Shown here: positions 1-14,620 of the stretch, piece by piece
Position numbering within the stretch: position 1 is the stretch's first letter
Layout: every line of letters starts with the position of its first letter
Origin: Camelus dromedarius
Taxonomy: Eukaryota
NCBI RefSeq assembly: GCF_036321535.1
Contig: NC_087437.1
Coordinates: forward strand, 107,138,001-107,202,000
Length of the DNA: 64,000 nt
Reading direction: 5' to 3'
Program-made: the position numbers and the translations under genes
The notes under the pieces: generated by a model
Told to the model about the DNA's origin: nothing
The model's input: the letters and a program-made list of their open reading frames with translations, nothing else
Databases searched by the model: none

Positions 1-3000
1 ATTTTCAAGGTGATTTGAGCACTTTGAAGAGCTATAGATGTACAAATTGCTGTTTGTGTTAATGGTATATCTCCACTGTGCGAGCAACTTATTATATGCT
101 GAATGCTTGGTGAGGTTGCTATTCCTCAATGAAACTTTGCCTCAACTAAAAAATTGTCTGTATTAGGAAATTAGACACAGTTTTCTTCTGTTTCTAGAAA
201 CGCACTGCGGCTAGTGGTATTATTGTCACTAGTGTCAGAAAATAATGGAGTAAAAGATCAAATAAGGCTGTTTTGTTTTACTGCGATTCAGCCTATAAAA
301 GAGTTGGGGAATATGATGGTACAAAGGGATTTGGCTTCCAAAGGGATTCAATGCCACATTTTGTAGAGTCTATGACTTAAGAAGTCATATGTATGCATGT
401 ATGAAAGAAAAAATGGATTTCAAATTTCCAAGTGGTGTCACTAAGGCAGGAAATAAAAAGACTGCAGTTTTACGGTTTCTTAACTCTTAAGTATGTCTGA
501 CTCTGAGTGGGTAACTGCAGTGCTTTCTGGAACTCATCAACACCATTGTCACTCTAAGATTTATTGAGCACTTATTAAGCACAAGCACTGACCTACGTAT
601 TTCACCTGTATTACAGCTTTGCTGAAAAACCATCCCAAAAGTTACAAGAGAAAGTTCTAACTACGGAAGGATAAATAGATGGGAAACTTTACATTGGAAT
701 AAGTGAACTTCTCTACCTTGAAGAAGAATGTGACACTTGCTGAGCAGCTGACATGCATCCACACTCAAGGCAACTGCACGAGCTATATATACTTCTCATT
801 AGAAATCAGAGCTGGAATAAAAGGAAGCAAGTGAAGCCAAAGGAACGTTACAAGCGGTCTGCGGAAGCACACGTGTGAAGCACAGGCGCCCTGTGCCGAA
901 CACCTGCGCAGCAACTGAAGCGGTGAGAGAACACGTGGGGCACAAGGATCAGAAATACTCTTAGCGAGAGACGCCTCAAGTAAAGCATTTTAAAAATATT
1001 TTTTTTTTTTTTTGCAAATTTAAGAATTAAAAGGAAATTAATGACTTTACACAGAATAAGCCAAAAGTATAAAGCAAATCCCTCTGGTAGTCTTTTAAGA
1101 GACTAGAAAAGAATTGTAACGAATTAACCTTCTAACTCAGGTGTCATTTTCTGACTGGCTGGGATTCAGGGAGCCGCTTTTGAGAGAAAATTGAGACTGG
1201 GAGTCACCCATGCCCTGTCTTAAGCCCACGTGCCGTGATGGAACGCAACTCTTAAAGAAAAGATTTGATGATTTTAGGGACAATGGCAAACTGATGAGGA
1301 CCAAAAAGACAGAAAAAAATTAAGAGTTTTCTTGTCAGGTCTATGTCAGATCACAAACGTCTCTGTTCATGCAATGTGCATACAGAAAATGTGTGCAAAT
1401 AAGATATAACTCCCTTAAGATGATAACAGGAATCTTCAGCCATTTCTCTCCTAAAATTTAGGATTTAATTTTGTGATTTTTTTTATCTCCTTAATATTTT
1501 ACGTTTGACATAGTTAAAAGAGGTACAGCAGTCTTACTCTCTTGCAGGAATATTATTTATTGCAAATGGCTGTTGAAAGCTTCCAGTAATTTGTGGTAAG
1601 AATAAAATCTGTTTTTAAAAAACGAGAGAAGAACTTTTGTTACCAAGTGAAGTGATTTTTTTAACAATTGTATCAAGTTTTTCCTCTGGGGTTTGTGTCA
1701 GTCTTCCTCCCTCCCTCCTTCCTGTCTTTCCTTCCTTTGTTCCTCCTTTTTTATTTGTAATGTCGATTACTTTCCTATTATGTCAGGTACTGGACTGGGC
1801 ACTAATGATACCTACCCTGCACCCTGAAATTTCACAATCTCATTAAAGATTGTTTAAATAATTGCTCTTGAATATCTTATACAAATGTACTCAAATAGTT
1901 GTTCTTGAGTACAGCGAGGGCTTTACAGGGAATTCAGACCAGGAGAAGGGGATGGATAAAGATAGAGCCATTGACCTGTCCAAGGGCAGGAGGACTGGGG
2001 GAGTGGTGCAGGTTTCGAAGAAGAGAAGTTATTTGGTCTGATTTTCTTTGCATTATTTTGAAACTTCATAGATGTACCTTGTATGTGGTAAGTACTGCCA
2101 TTTCTGTTCCTTTTCTAAGAAGATGAGAATATGGGGAATTTGTCTTCTCATGAAAAGGGTCATATGCTTTAGAAAAGATTTTTTGTTTTAATTATTTTGT
2201 CATTTGACTTAGTACACTCTGTTCTGTACAGCTTCGTTTCTGCATTCTACTAAATTATCATTATCATTAGAAACAACACAGACTTGATAACTCTCAGATG
2301 TTCATGGATGTAAGGACTTAGTTACAGAGAAATTTTAGATTCATTTAGCAGTTTCAGGAAATGAGAAAAAATATGCTAAAATCTAATTTTAAAAGTCTAA
2401 TGAACAGTTTTTACTGTTTAATTCCTTCTGCATTTCTATAAAAACTTTCTTCAACATCATTTAAGAATTTTATCAATGTTTCTTTGTTTTTTGAAAAAAA
2501 ATATGGATGCCTATAAAACTAAAGCACTAAAATGTTATTATTTGGTGTAAAGAGTGACTCTGGGGCATTGTAAAAACAAAACAAAGCAAAACTCAAGCTT
2601 GAAGCTTTCAATATAATATTAAAATTTGAAGTATTTAAATATTTAATATTTTCTTTTTAATATATGATCAATTTGTTCTTTTTAAAGAGATTGACTATAA
2701 GTACAGGAATAGGTTTGTTGACTTCTTACATGTTTCCTTACCTTTTCTTGTTAATGGTGGTACAAAATAGTGAAGCTATAAGAAGAATCTTATCTTCCTA
2801 AGAAAAATGGATTACTTTGTATTCTGTTCTCAGATTAGAGGAAAATGCTTATTTTGAGAAGTAAAAATGACCAGAAAATAATTTAACTTTGTCCCATAAT
2901 TTCTGGTAGGATATTATACATATATCTATTAGAGAAATTGACATATACCTTCAATCATATTTTTACAAATTGTGATAATACTGTAATTTTGAACATATTG

Positions 3001-3354
3001 TCTGAATTGGGACTTTGAATAATATCCTATACTTTTAACATGCAATTCTTCTTTTGAAGAATCGAAAAATGCCATTTAAATGAAACACTTGCTCAGCATG
3101 ACTCCTCTTTCCTTATTCATTCTCTGGTAGATGCTGAAGGAGACACTAATGTCCTTTAAAACCCCAAATGGTCCTGAAGTAATCAAAAACAATTAAAAAG
3201 AGTACGTGTAGTCAAATCTAGGTTTTTCTGATTAATGAAAGAGTCAAAGACCTAAATAATTCAGAACATTTCATAATCCAAGACAAAACATATAAAATAT
3301 TTTTAAAATACTTGAATAACATTGATTTGAATATAAGTGATGATGAGAGTGGTG

Positions 3355-3540
3355 GTGATAATGATGGTAACTCACATTTACTGACAGCGTTTTAATCGCC
3401 CGGCACTGCACTGAAGTCTTCCCATAGATTAGCTTATTTATCTTCCAAATAGCCCTGTGAAGTGCATCCTCTTACTACCAGATGCTTGGAAAGGTTAATT
3501 GACCTGTCTAAGATCTCATAGCAAAGAGAGAATTTATGTA
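3355..3540 (-). mobile_element. MIR SINE
   Basis: CACATTTACTGA...GGCACTGCACTGAAG...AATAGCCCTGTGAAG...GGTTAATTGACCTGTCTAAGATCTCATAGC. Confidence 0.65.
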
Positions 3541-3649
3541 GTCATTAGTGCTGTCCACTGAGTATTTCCAGTTCTTTTTCTAAGAACATAATAATATTGT
3601 GCTTTTCTAACCTCTCAAAGTTAGGTGTGTCTGTGTGACTTCCTTTAAT

Positions 3650-3935
3650 AAATTGTGAGCAGAGTGACTTGTTCTGGCCAATGACTTGAGAGCAGAGTGT
3701 TATTACTTCCAGTTGGAAACTTTCAGAGCCAGAGTGATTTGCCATGTTCTCTTTGTTTCCCTCTGTAATGACAATGACTGGCTACTCCATCACCCTGGGT
3801 TGTGGAAAAGTGATAACGACAATGTGACAGCCCAGTGTAATGGGCACATTGCACAAGTAAGGAATAACTCCTTGTTTTCAGCCCCTGAAATGTGGGATTA
3901 TCTAGCCATAACCTAAATCATCTTGACAGATAAAC
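3650..3935 (+). mobile_element. MLT1-type MaLR LTR fragment
   Basis: GTGACTTGTTCTGGCCAATGA...TTGCCATGTTCTCTT...CAGCCCCTGAAATGTGGGATT. Confidence 0.65.
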
Positions 3936-4339
3936 TAGTAGAACCAAGGTGACCTTTGAATTGGTGACAACAATAAAACTGCAAACTATTACTCTGAGAA
4001 GCTATATTTGAATTATTAACCTTCTGTCTTTTATGATCCTTCTTTTATACAATGTACCATGCCAAGCTGATTCCTTAGTTTCTATCTTAAAAGTTGGGAA
4101 AGATACTTAAAGGAATACTAGCTATCTTCATTTCAGGAGTACAAGAATGTTTTATTATACAAAAATCTACTAACATAACTAAACCTATTACCAAGTAAAA
4201 ATTTTAAAAATGAAATAATCTTTACGGATGCTAAAAATAAATTTTAAAGCATTTAATCATCTGTTCTTGAATTTAAATATAATTAAATCCTCTTACTCTC
4301 CAGAGACAAAATAAAACCTTTTAGTATGATAAGGAATAA

Positions 4340-7300
4340 CTAAATACACAGTATGTATCAAATTCACTTGAAAAGCTCTAGAGTTATCCCCATTGAAATA
4401 AAGACAAGGATACTAATTCTTAGCATTATCATTTGACATTTTCCTGCAAATTGTAGCCAATGGCTTAAGAAGAAAATGTAAGAAAGAATGTGGAGGAGAG
4501 GAGTGGAGCAGAAACATTAATATTTTATGTATATGTTCAGAAAAGATTTCACGTAAACTTAAGTCTGGGATTTCCATGTATATAGCATGCCTAGACCATT
4601 TACTCTGGAAAATTAATATTTAATTTCTCTCGCATATTTGTAAGAATGTTCTGGGTCTTCTAACAGAAGTTCAGTTGGTAGGCAGGCATGCACATAACCT
4701 CGTCTCTGACAGTCGAGAGGAGGAAGGAGGGTACATTTGGTGCTCTAGTGCCCACAGATTGTACGGGTAAGAATGGCCAAAGGGACTTCTCAAAGAACCT
4801 GTGGGGTAATCTTACCAGGTCATGCTCGTTCATCAGCTGCTGGCCACATTATGGAAATGTAAAGGCCAGTTAAATTTGCCTGTCTGTGTGTAATAGGTCA
4901 TGACGTTTTCTTATGTTATGATAAATTGTGCTCTATGCCAACAGTGTGCACAATTTTCTGTAAAACTTATCCCTCTTCCACTGTGATGGTCATAATATAA
5001 CGTGATGGTCTACAACTTAGAAAAACCCAAGAGAACAAAATGAAAAAATATTATGATCATCAAAGTAGTTTTATGAAATTAGGTTTAGGGTAACAAAATA
5101 ATTATAGCAACATCAAGAATTTTTATATATCCCTCCAAACATAAAATATAATGGAAAAATTTTATTCACAGTAGCAACAATTTTATTCACAAGCAATTTA
5201 TATAACCAACTTAAAATATATAAAAACTGTACTGGACTACATAAATAAAACCAACAAGCCTTTATTCAAGCACCAAAATACTTTAATAATAGATAAAAAA
5301 AAGCAATAGTCTGGGTCAGAGTAATTTCATATTATAACCTTAAAAACACTTTCCAAATTAGTTTACATATTATATAAAATTCCAATAAAATTCCAAAGGT
5401 GGCATATAAGGTAAATCCTTAAATCTATGGAAATGAGAAAGAGAAAGGGAATTTAAACCACTCTTGGGTCAGAGAGAATATACAAACTAAAATTATAGGA
5501 TATCCAGGAAATATTAATGAGGAAAAGACTAAACAGAACTTAAACGAATGACTGAAAATCTACTAGGAAGCCTACATTTGGACTTGTTTTTTTTTTTTTT
5601 TTTAAAAAAAGAACAAAATAACCCAAAATAGAGCAGGAGGAAAAATACATTAATAGTAGAGAGTAATGGGAAAAAAGAAAACACTAGAACCAGTAAATAA
5701 ACACAGAATATGATTCACTTAAAAATAATAAAATCAATATACCATTAACTAACCTAAGAAGAAGAAGTACATATGAAATAACAAATACTAAGTGTGGGAA
5801 AAAAACCACAGGTACAAAACAATTAGAAGATATTTAAGTTATATATTTTCTTAAGTTTATGTAAAAATATTTGAAAATCTGAGTGAAATCACAGAAAACA
5901 TAATTTACCAAAAATGACAGGAGAAGAAACAGAAAAATCTAACATTAGTTACCACAAAAGAAATGGAAGAATGTCATTAAACAGAACCACCTCCACCAAA
6001 AAAACACCAAACGCTTAAAAAATAGTTAATCCCAACAATGTTGAAGTTTTCCAAAGCCATGGGACTAGAAGAAAGGCACTAAATTCTTTTTGCAAAGATA
6101 ACATAAAGTTAATACTTAACCTTCACATGGTTTTCACAAAGAAAATAGTATTTAGACCAATTTTACTTCATTTTTGAATAAGATCACAAAGAAGTATGTT
6201 TTAACCCAAAAACCCAAGGGCAATTCATTATTTTGAGTTATTAACATAATTCATTATTAATAAATCTAAAGGAAAAATCCATATGTTCCAAATTATTCAG
6301 ATGCGGAGAAAGCATTTAATAAACTATATTATCCATTAATAATAAAGGCTCTTAATAAAAGAGGAAATATGGATACTTTAAAAATATTATGTAGTTTTCC
6401 TGTCCGAATATTAATATCTTTTAAAATGAGGAAACAATAGAAGTAACAATGCAGAAATTCCACTATCAGCAATATTAATTAATGTTTTTCTGAAAGTACT
6501 AACCAGTAATAATTGGCATGAGTAATAAATCACAAAAAATTGGAAGTATAAAATAAAATATTTCACAGTCAGTAATTTGCTATTTTACTTAAAACTAAGA
6601 AAATCAAGTAAAAACTATTATATGGCATAAGATAATTCAGCATGATCATAATACATATATAAAAAACAAGTTTAAAAATATAATGGAAAATAAGCCACAT
6701 TTGCAACCAGAAGAATATTAAAATCCTGAAAAGGACATGACCAAAAAATTTTGAGTTTTGTTTAAAAATAATGAAGTTAAAAGAACTTTGGAGGTATGCA
6801 AAATGATTTGATCAAATGATGTCATATGTTATTGTTGGTCCATGGAAGACTCAGGTCATAAAAATAACATTTCCCCACAACTTATACCTTGAAAAATCAC
6901 AATAGAAATATTAATAGAAATTTTCTCAAAGGGAACCTAGAGAGATTATTTTTAAATTTATACTGAAAAACAGGCAAAATTAATTCAAAGGAGTGTTTAA
7001 CTTTTGCTTAGGAGTTTGACTCTTATTGAAAATGTATAAAGCTGCAAGAGAGTAACACTCTTATAAAATTGTGGATAATTAATAAAATCATAACTTTCCT
7101 TGAACTGTTCAAAGAGCTGTAGTCACAAAGGACTAAGAATGGAAGAGAGAATGACACACATTTTTTCTTCACTATTGACAGAGCACTGAGAAAAGAGCTA
7201 GCGTAAAAGTGAATAAAGAAAAGACTGTTACATTTTTTATAAATTCTTAAAGGACAAGCATTGACCAACATATTGGGAGCACAAGCACTAGAAGACTTTG

Positions 7301-8200
7301 CACTCACTCACAAGCTAGGAGCCTCCTCCTTAGTGACTCACAGGTACAAAACCCTACCATCTCCTAGACTTATATCTCATTTGAAACCAAAGAGAAAGAA
7401 GAACAATTTACTAATTCAGGGATGTGGAATTCAATAGAATCTATCTTCCTTGAGAAAGAAAAGAAATAAGGCACCCTACCCCGGTCCCTAGCAAAGGTAG
7501 ATTGCCTGTGAGGATAGAGTAAATGTGAGAGCTATCTGTGCAGACTGTGGGACTCTGCCTCGGACTCAGATTCTGCACTCATACAAGGTAGAAGTCAGCT
7601 ACAAGTAGAGGAGAGAGAGAAAACTCTCCCAGCTGCAATCCACACAAATATGAGGCGGAGTTGTACTGCCATGGAAGGAAGGGATGGATAAGAACCCTAA
7701 AGCAACACCATCACCACAACCCAGGCTAACAGGGATTGCTTAAGACAAAGGCATAATGAAGACAACAGAAACACCCAACAGAGTGCATATGGTGAATAAC
7801 AAGCAATTGCAGAATACTGCTTGGGGAGGCAAAGAAATTGGGTAGAGACACCCCTCTGTGGTGTAGGCATGTTGAGACTGTCAAACTCCAAAGACAGAAC
7901 AGGGATCTGAGAAAATGCTTTGGCATCCCAGACATCACACTGAGTACAAAGCAGAGCGTAGTGTGCACTGAAGGTAACAAAAGCTAACCCAGTTTGACTA
8001 CCAACTTGCTCGACTCAACCCCCCATTAAATGGACTGGTCAAAAGAAGACATACCCCTTTCTGGGAATAAATTCTAGTTACCACACTATTCTTTTTCAAC
8101 ATATAATGGCCACTGTTCAACAAAAAATTTAAATGCACCCCCGAAAAACCAAGGGAAAAAAACATCATCAAGAGGTAAAATAGTCCACAACCAACAATTG
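4340..8200 (+). mobile_element. Ancient, fragmented L1 (L1M-type) segments
   Basis: Strong A skew and decayed ORF2-like phrases (CAGATGCGGAGAAAGCATTTAATAAA, CTTAGAAAAACCCAAGAGAA). Boundaries approximate. Confidence 0.6.
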
Positions 8201-8229
8201 TGAAAATGATATTCCTCTTGTACAAATTT

Positions 8230-8775
8230 GTTTTGCCCCTTTGCTGCTTAAAACAATGCTTCTGAGTCATCTCGAGAGAGAATTCCACCTCCTTTCCCGT
8301 GGCCCACGACAATGTGTGCTGTCTCAACTCTCCCAAGCCCTTCTTGCCATTTCAGTCCTCCTGCTACCAAACCATTTGTTGTTTCCTGCGGGCACAATGC
8401 TGCTTTCTGTCTCTGTACCTTTCTATTTTCCCTTCCCGAATCCCAGAACATCCATTACTTTCTTGTGTGCCTGAGAAACTGTTTACTTTCAATACTCTGC
8501 TCCTGTGACGACTCCAGGGTGAAAAAATGCCAGATGGTGCCAGTTCCTCCCCCACATAATCACAAGCACCTTTCTTCTGTTTGTGTTGCTGTGTCCATTG
8601 TTCTCTTTGTTACCTTGTATAGCTATCGAACAGCAGCAATTGTCTAGTTACTTATATAATTTTCCCACTAGAGTGTAAATTTCTCTAGGGTAAAGGCTGC
8701 CTTATCTCTACCTGCAACTTTTTTTTTTAAATTCTAGACAGCTAAATGTTTCCTTCAGATAGATTGAACTGAAAA
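8230..8775 (+). mobile_element. L2 fragment
   Basis: Pyrimidine-rich body with CCCACTAGAGTGTAAATTTCTCTAGGG near the 3' end. Confidence 0.5.
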
Positions 8776-9049
8776 TTACTAAAGACTAATGTAAAAATGA
8801 TGCTTGCCTGTGATGGGATTCAAATGAGTGTATTAATTAATTCTTTAAATGAATTTCTTATGATGAAGAAATTATTTGGAGGCAGATTTTTTTAAACTGT
8901 TTTCCTTCATGATTCAAAATTTAAAACAATTGTTAAGTTATGATTTAATTTTCATAGACAAGAACTCTTTAATATAAGATTGATAACTGAGAGTTGGTAT
9001 TTCACTTTATAAAAAGGGTCTTAAAATGAGTACGCTTTTACCTCTGTTT

Positions 9050-12000
9050 CAGGCTGTACTATGCACTAGATTGCCTTAAGACCCCTCCTGCTGAAAACAA
9101 CTAAAGAACTGGAGGAAATATTAAAAATAAGGGAGTCCTCATGAATGCATCTATGAACAGACAAGAAATTAGAAGGAATTAGAAGCCAAGGAATCAACAG
9201 AGGGAAACAACTCAAAAATCAGTTCCCAGTGAGGACATTTTCTGTATGGATAGAGTTTGTTTTCAGACACTGTTTGGAACTGGGGAACCCAGATAAACCT
9301 CAGGTCCAGACAAGTTAGGATCCTCAGAGAGAGTCACCGTATATTCACCTTTCAAGGAAGGACAGGAAAAAGTGTCTGTTTTGAATTTTAATATTGTATG
9401 GAGGAGACTAAAAAGTTTTTTTTTCAGACTTTATAACTGCAAGCCATTTGATTTCAGTTTTACTGCTTGAATTCATTCTTCCTGGGTGATCTAAGTAGAC
9501 AACATACAAGGATTCAGTGTAAAGTTGGGACCTGGCAGGACCGGACAAGAGCCCTCTCTCATAAAAACCACTGCAGCTAATGGCTCAAATCGTATCTACA
9601 GTAATATGAGCTCACAGTAAAACAAACACAAAACAAAACACAAAACAAGCAAGCCATGTTGAGTGAGAGCCAGTGGAAAGAAACAAACCCAGAATGAAAC
9701 CTGCAAAAATATTAGATATTAGAATTAGACACAGAATATAAAATAATGGTTTGAAAGTGAGTCTATAAAAATAACCAAACATAAAATCTGAATAAAATGG
9801 GTTTATTAGTAAATTAGACAAAGATAAAGAGCAAATTGGTGACCTCGAGAGGGATAATGGAGAAATTTCCAAGACTATAACAGAGTCCATAGGATGGAAA
9901 ATAGAGAAAGCAGGTCAATAAAAATGAAACATGGAGTAAACTTAAAAATAAGAAATTTGTACCTCAACATAGCAGTAAAAGTTCAGATGACCAAAGATAA
10001 ATAGAAACTTTTACACCCCAGCAAGCACTATACATAGTAACATTTAGAGGAATGACAATTATTCTGAGAGATGATTTCTCAACACTAACAATGAAAGCTT
10101 GAAGAAAGTGAAATGATATATTTAATATACAAATATACATACTGAGAGAAAATGTGTCAGTCAAGAATTGCATCCTAGAAAAATGACAGGAATGGGACCA
10201 AAATAATTACCTTTTAAGATAAAGAAAACCTGAGAATTGTAATAGACACTCACTAAGGAGAAACTCAATTATGTATTTCAGGAAGAAGGAACATCATCTC
10301 AAATGGAAGCTTTTTCTAGGGAGTCAATCAGCCATTTCAATATTAACACCCATAATTCCAGACTATTTAAAAAGAAAGAACATTCCAGCTCATTGTATGA
10401 CAATAACATAAGTTTGATATCAAAAGCCCCCAAAAAAGAGTGAATGAAGAGGAAGATTTCAAGCCATCTTAGTCATGACATTTGTGCAATACTTTTTAGC
10501 CAAATACTAGTGAATCTAACTGAACAATGTATAAATAAATACCTCTTGGTCACATGGTTTAACTCAGAAATGCAACAGAGGTTTCAGACAAGAAAACCAA
10601 CAAATATAATTTACTACATTAATTTGAAAAAGGAAATTTGGCAATTGTATTAAAGATGTAGGAAAATAATAAGTAAAATTTAACACCCATTCATTGTAAA
10701 TATATTCTTAGGAAACCAAGGATAGAAAAAACTTTTGTGACCTGATCAAAGGTTTCTATAAAAATTCTATAGCAAAAGTTATACTTAATGGAGAAATCTT
10801 GGAAATATTCTACATATGAACTAATCAAGGGTACCCAACATGACCATTTTAAATAAACATTCTTTTTGGAGAGCATGAAAAAATTTAATTATATGAAAAT
10901 TAAATGATCATCATTATAGAAAACTTAAAATACTTTGTAAATCATTAGAATTAATATGAAAGTGTAACAAGATATTTTGCACATAAAATTAATACACAGA
11001 CTCATTTACATTTCTGTACTAATTAACATTTAGAAAATAAAATCAAAATGTGCCATTTATAATTACATTGGAAACAAAATGTATGTAGGAATAAAAGATT
11101 TTAAAGAAGATCTAAAGAAAATGGAGATATATTATACATGCATTGGTTTAAAGACATATTTGAAGAAAGAACTTAGTCATTGAATTGATCTATAAATGAA
11201 ATGTAACTAAAATAAAAACCTCAACAGTTTATTAGGGGACTTGACAAATTGGTTCTAAAATTTATATGGAGGAAGAGAGGGACACACAACACTCTGGTAA
11301 AAGGAAAGCTTATCTGATAACAAAAGTTAATATGGGCAACTTCTGGTAAGATCCAGACAGTAGAAGCAGACCATTGCTTCCATCATATCAACTACACAAA
11401 CTGAATAAAAATAATGGATTTTTGGAAAAACATTGGAAATCTATAGTTCTAAATGTAGGAACTACATTCCAGAGGGGGAAAAGTAATTCTTAGGTGAGCA
11501 TTTTCTTAGATAAGGGGTTTGCTGATATGGGCCATGGGGTAAGGAACAGACTTAACCATAGGCGAAGAGATTCCCTCGGGTGAAAAAGAAACAAGCAGAG
11601 CTGCTGAGAGCTGTTTGGGATAAAGGACTGGAGTCTGGAAGAATCCAACAAATTTCCCTTCCAATTTTCTCTCCTGCTACTAGTCCTGAGTTCTGGAAGG
11701 CTGAGGTGGAAGTGCTTAAAAGCCAAAAATTTTCTCAAAGGAAGGCCTACCATAAACATGGGGCAAGTCTTTCCTGAAAGATAAGTGAAGCCAGAGGTGA
11801 AATGAATAGAAATGAAACTGCAAATCTGTCCTGATCAAAATCAATTTTTGACTGGATTGAAGTAGTTAATCCCTCTTTCTATCTGCCCTGCAGAGGAAGG
11901 GAAATGCCCTCACTGAGGGGAAGAACATTGACTTCAATATCTACCTTCTTTTAAGCACAACACCTGGCTTACAAAAAATATGTGACACTGAATGTGTAGA

Positions 12001-13340
12001 AGCAAGAAATGAAAAACATAACCAACAGAATCAGACCCACAGGCGATCTAGATGTTAAGATTACTAGACAATGATTTCAAAATCACAATGGTAATAAAAA
12101 TGTTTAAGTATATTGAGTAAAATATATAAAAAAGAATAAAAAATGAGAAGTTTCTTCAAGAGAAATAAAATCTATCAGAAGAACTAAATGTATATTATAG
12201 AAACAAACAATACTTTATCTGAAATTGGAAACATATTAGGTTTAGAAGAAGCCTAAGCATAGAGGAGAGGGTTAGCAAATATAAACCAGAGGAGTATAAA
12301 TTATGCAAACAAACACTAAAAGAAGAATGAGAAAAAGAAAAGTAAAACATAAGAAACGTGATATACAGTGAAACAGTGTAACATATATGTAACTGAAACT
12401 CAGGAAGAGGGTGGGGGGAAAGGGTGTGGGTGAAAAGCAACATTCAAAGATATCATGGCTGAGAGTTTTCTAATACACAATGTAAGACAGCCACCCAGAT
12501 ATTCATTAAAATTAGAAAAACAAAACAAAATAAATACAAACTGGCCCCCACATACTTACACACACCCAAAAGATAATAGTTAAAAGTCTTAAAAAGCCAG
12601 AGAGGAAAAATGCATTACTTTTAAGTTTTGTGCATCTCTCTTTATGATTGCAATTGCATATAAGGCAGATAAAAATTTAATAGCAGGATGGGACAAATAG
12701 AAGACAAAGTAAATGATTATGTGAGTAGGCACATTAAAATGCAAGTGTATGAAATCTTACAGCTAAAAGACAAAGATTGTCAGATTAAAATAATAATAGA
12801 AAAGAATCACCTACATAATATTTACATGACACCTCGTAATTGAGAAGCATAAAAAATATATATGCACAGAAATAAATAGAAACAGAAATATATATAATGT
12901 ACATGTATGCATGGGTTAGTATAAACATACATATCTTCAGACTATATACACGAGAGGATCTAAAAGCAATGACAGCCCCAGTAGCATTAAGTACACTTGG
13001 AGCCCAGATCTTGGTTTCCAAGTACCATTATGGAATAAAAGGAACCAAGTCTCCTTGCTGTAGTAGTTGATTGGGCAGGGAAAATTTGAGATGTGCTTAG
13101 AATATTTTGTGATACCAGAAAATAAGGTAGACTTTAAAAAAATACTAACATGGATAAATTATATAAATATAATTTATACAATTTTGAGCAAACAAAAGTA
13201 TATTGAAGAGTATATGCAGTATTATTCTATTTATAAGAAGTTCAGAGACATACAGAAGTGAACATACTGTTAAAGGATACAAGCATATGTGATGATAATC
13301 CCCAAAAAAACCAAAGACATGATAAACATGCAATTTTGCA
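9050..13340 (+). mobile_element. Ancient L1 (L1MC/L1ME-like) ORF1, ORF2 and 3'-end fragments
   Basis: A-rich with decayed ORF1/ORF2 text. GAGCCCAGATCTTGGTTTCCAAGTACCATT resembles an L1MC 3' end. Boundaries approximate. Confidence 0.6.
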
Positions 13341-14344
13341 TGCTGTTTTTCTTATTTGCTAAAAACAAAAACACCGTTGAACTTTCAACAGCTTAATAGC
13401 TTTCACAATCAAGAAGACTCTTCCTTTCTTTACCTCACATACATCTTTCCATTGTTACAATTAATTCTATCTGTCTGGGTTCAGTAGGTCTAGTGATTAC
13501 ATCCTCTGTGTAGTAGCCAAGCTTAAAATTGGAGATTGATGTTAGCTTGCTTTCTCCAGCATAAATAATTCCATGTTTTAAAGATCATGTTGTCTAATCA
13601 TCAGTCGTATTTACATTATTCCTCTGGTCTTCTCTGAGTTTTTCTTACCTTTTGGCTTAAAAACCTTGTTCAGTACACTGCTGTGAAACTGACTACTCCT
13701 GAGTATAATGAGCTAATGCCTCTTAATGCCTGTGTGCTAATCCCTGTATTGTACCAGTTTGCAAACCCATATATATTAGTTCCAAACTCACCAAAAAATC
13801 GTTAATAAGGTAGCTCTCTCTTCCACAATTCTTCAGGTGCACCCAAGCCTGGTATGGTTGAACTTTCTCTCTCGCTCTCTCTCTACTTTCTCAAACATTT
13901 CAGACTATCATCTCTATCTATGTAGAGAGTCCTTTTTTTCTAACCCAAAGAGTTTGTAGTAATGGGAATATCTTTCTATAAAATGTGCAAATAATACTAT
14001 CACAAATATATGGAAATATAAATTCTGCTTTTTCAAGGCATAAATAAATTCATTATTTTAATATTTTCATATAATTTTATGCTTATAACAATAAACTAAA
14101 TGTAAATTTATAAATATTAGAAGCAAAATGAAAATAGTATTATAGAGGTATTAGAGTTACTAAAATAAGAGACACATTTAACATTTTTTTCTAAGTTTTA
14201 TAAAACCTCTTGGTAAATAAGTGTAGTTAAATTTCTACTTATGCTACATAATTTGATAACAATTCAAATAATATTTACTACATTGTTGATGTTTATTTTC
14301 TTTATCCAAAATAAATGTAAACATATTTTTATTAAAAATAATGC

Positions 14345-14620
14345 AATGAAATGTAATGAGATATCTTAGGTTGGATCCTGAGATAGAAAAATGATTAGTG
14401 GACAAACTGGTGAAATCTGGATGATTTTTTAGTTTTTAGTTTAATGAATCAATGTCTCAACATTTATTTATTAGTTTTAACAATTAACCATGGTTGTATA
14501 AGAGTTAACATTAAGGAAATCTGAGTGAAATACAGGAACTCACTGTATTTTCTTTGCAACTCTTCTGCAAAACTTCTGTATATCTGGAACTACTTAAAAT
14601 GAAAAGTTTATTTGAAAATA
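14345..14620 (+). mobile_element. Old L1 3'-end fragment (L1MC/ME-like)
   Basis: GGATCCTGAGATAGAAAA...GGAACTCACTGTATTTTCTTTGCAACTCTTCTG. Confidence 0.65.
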
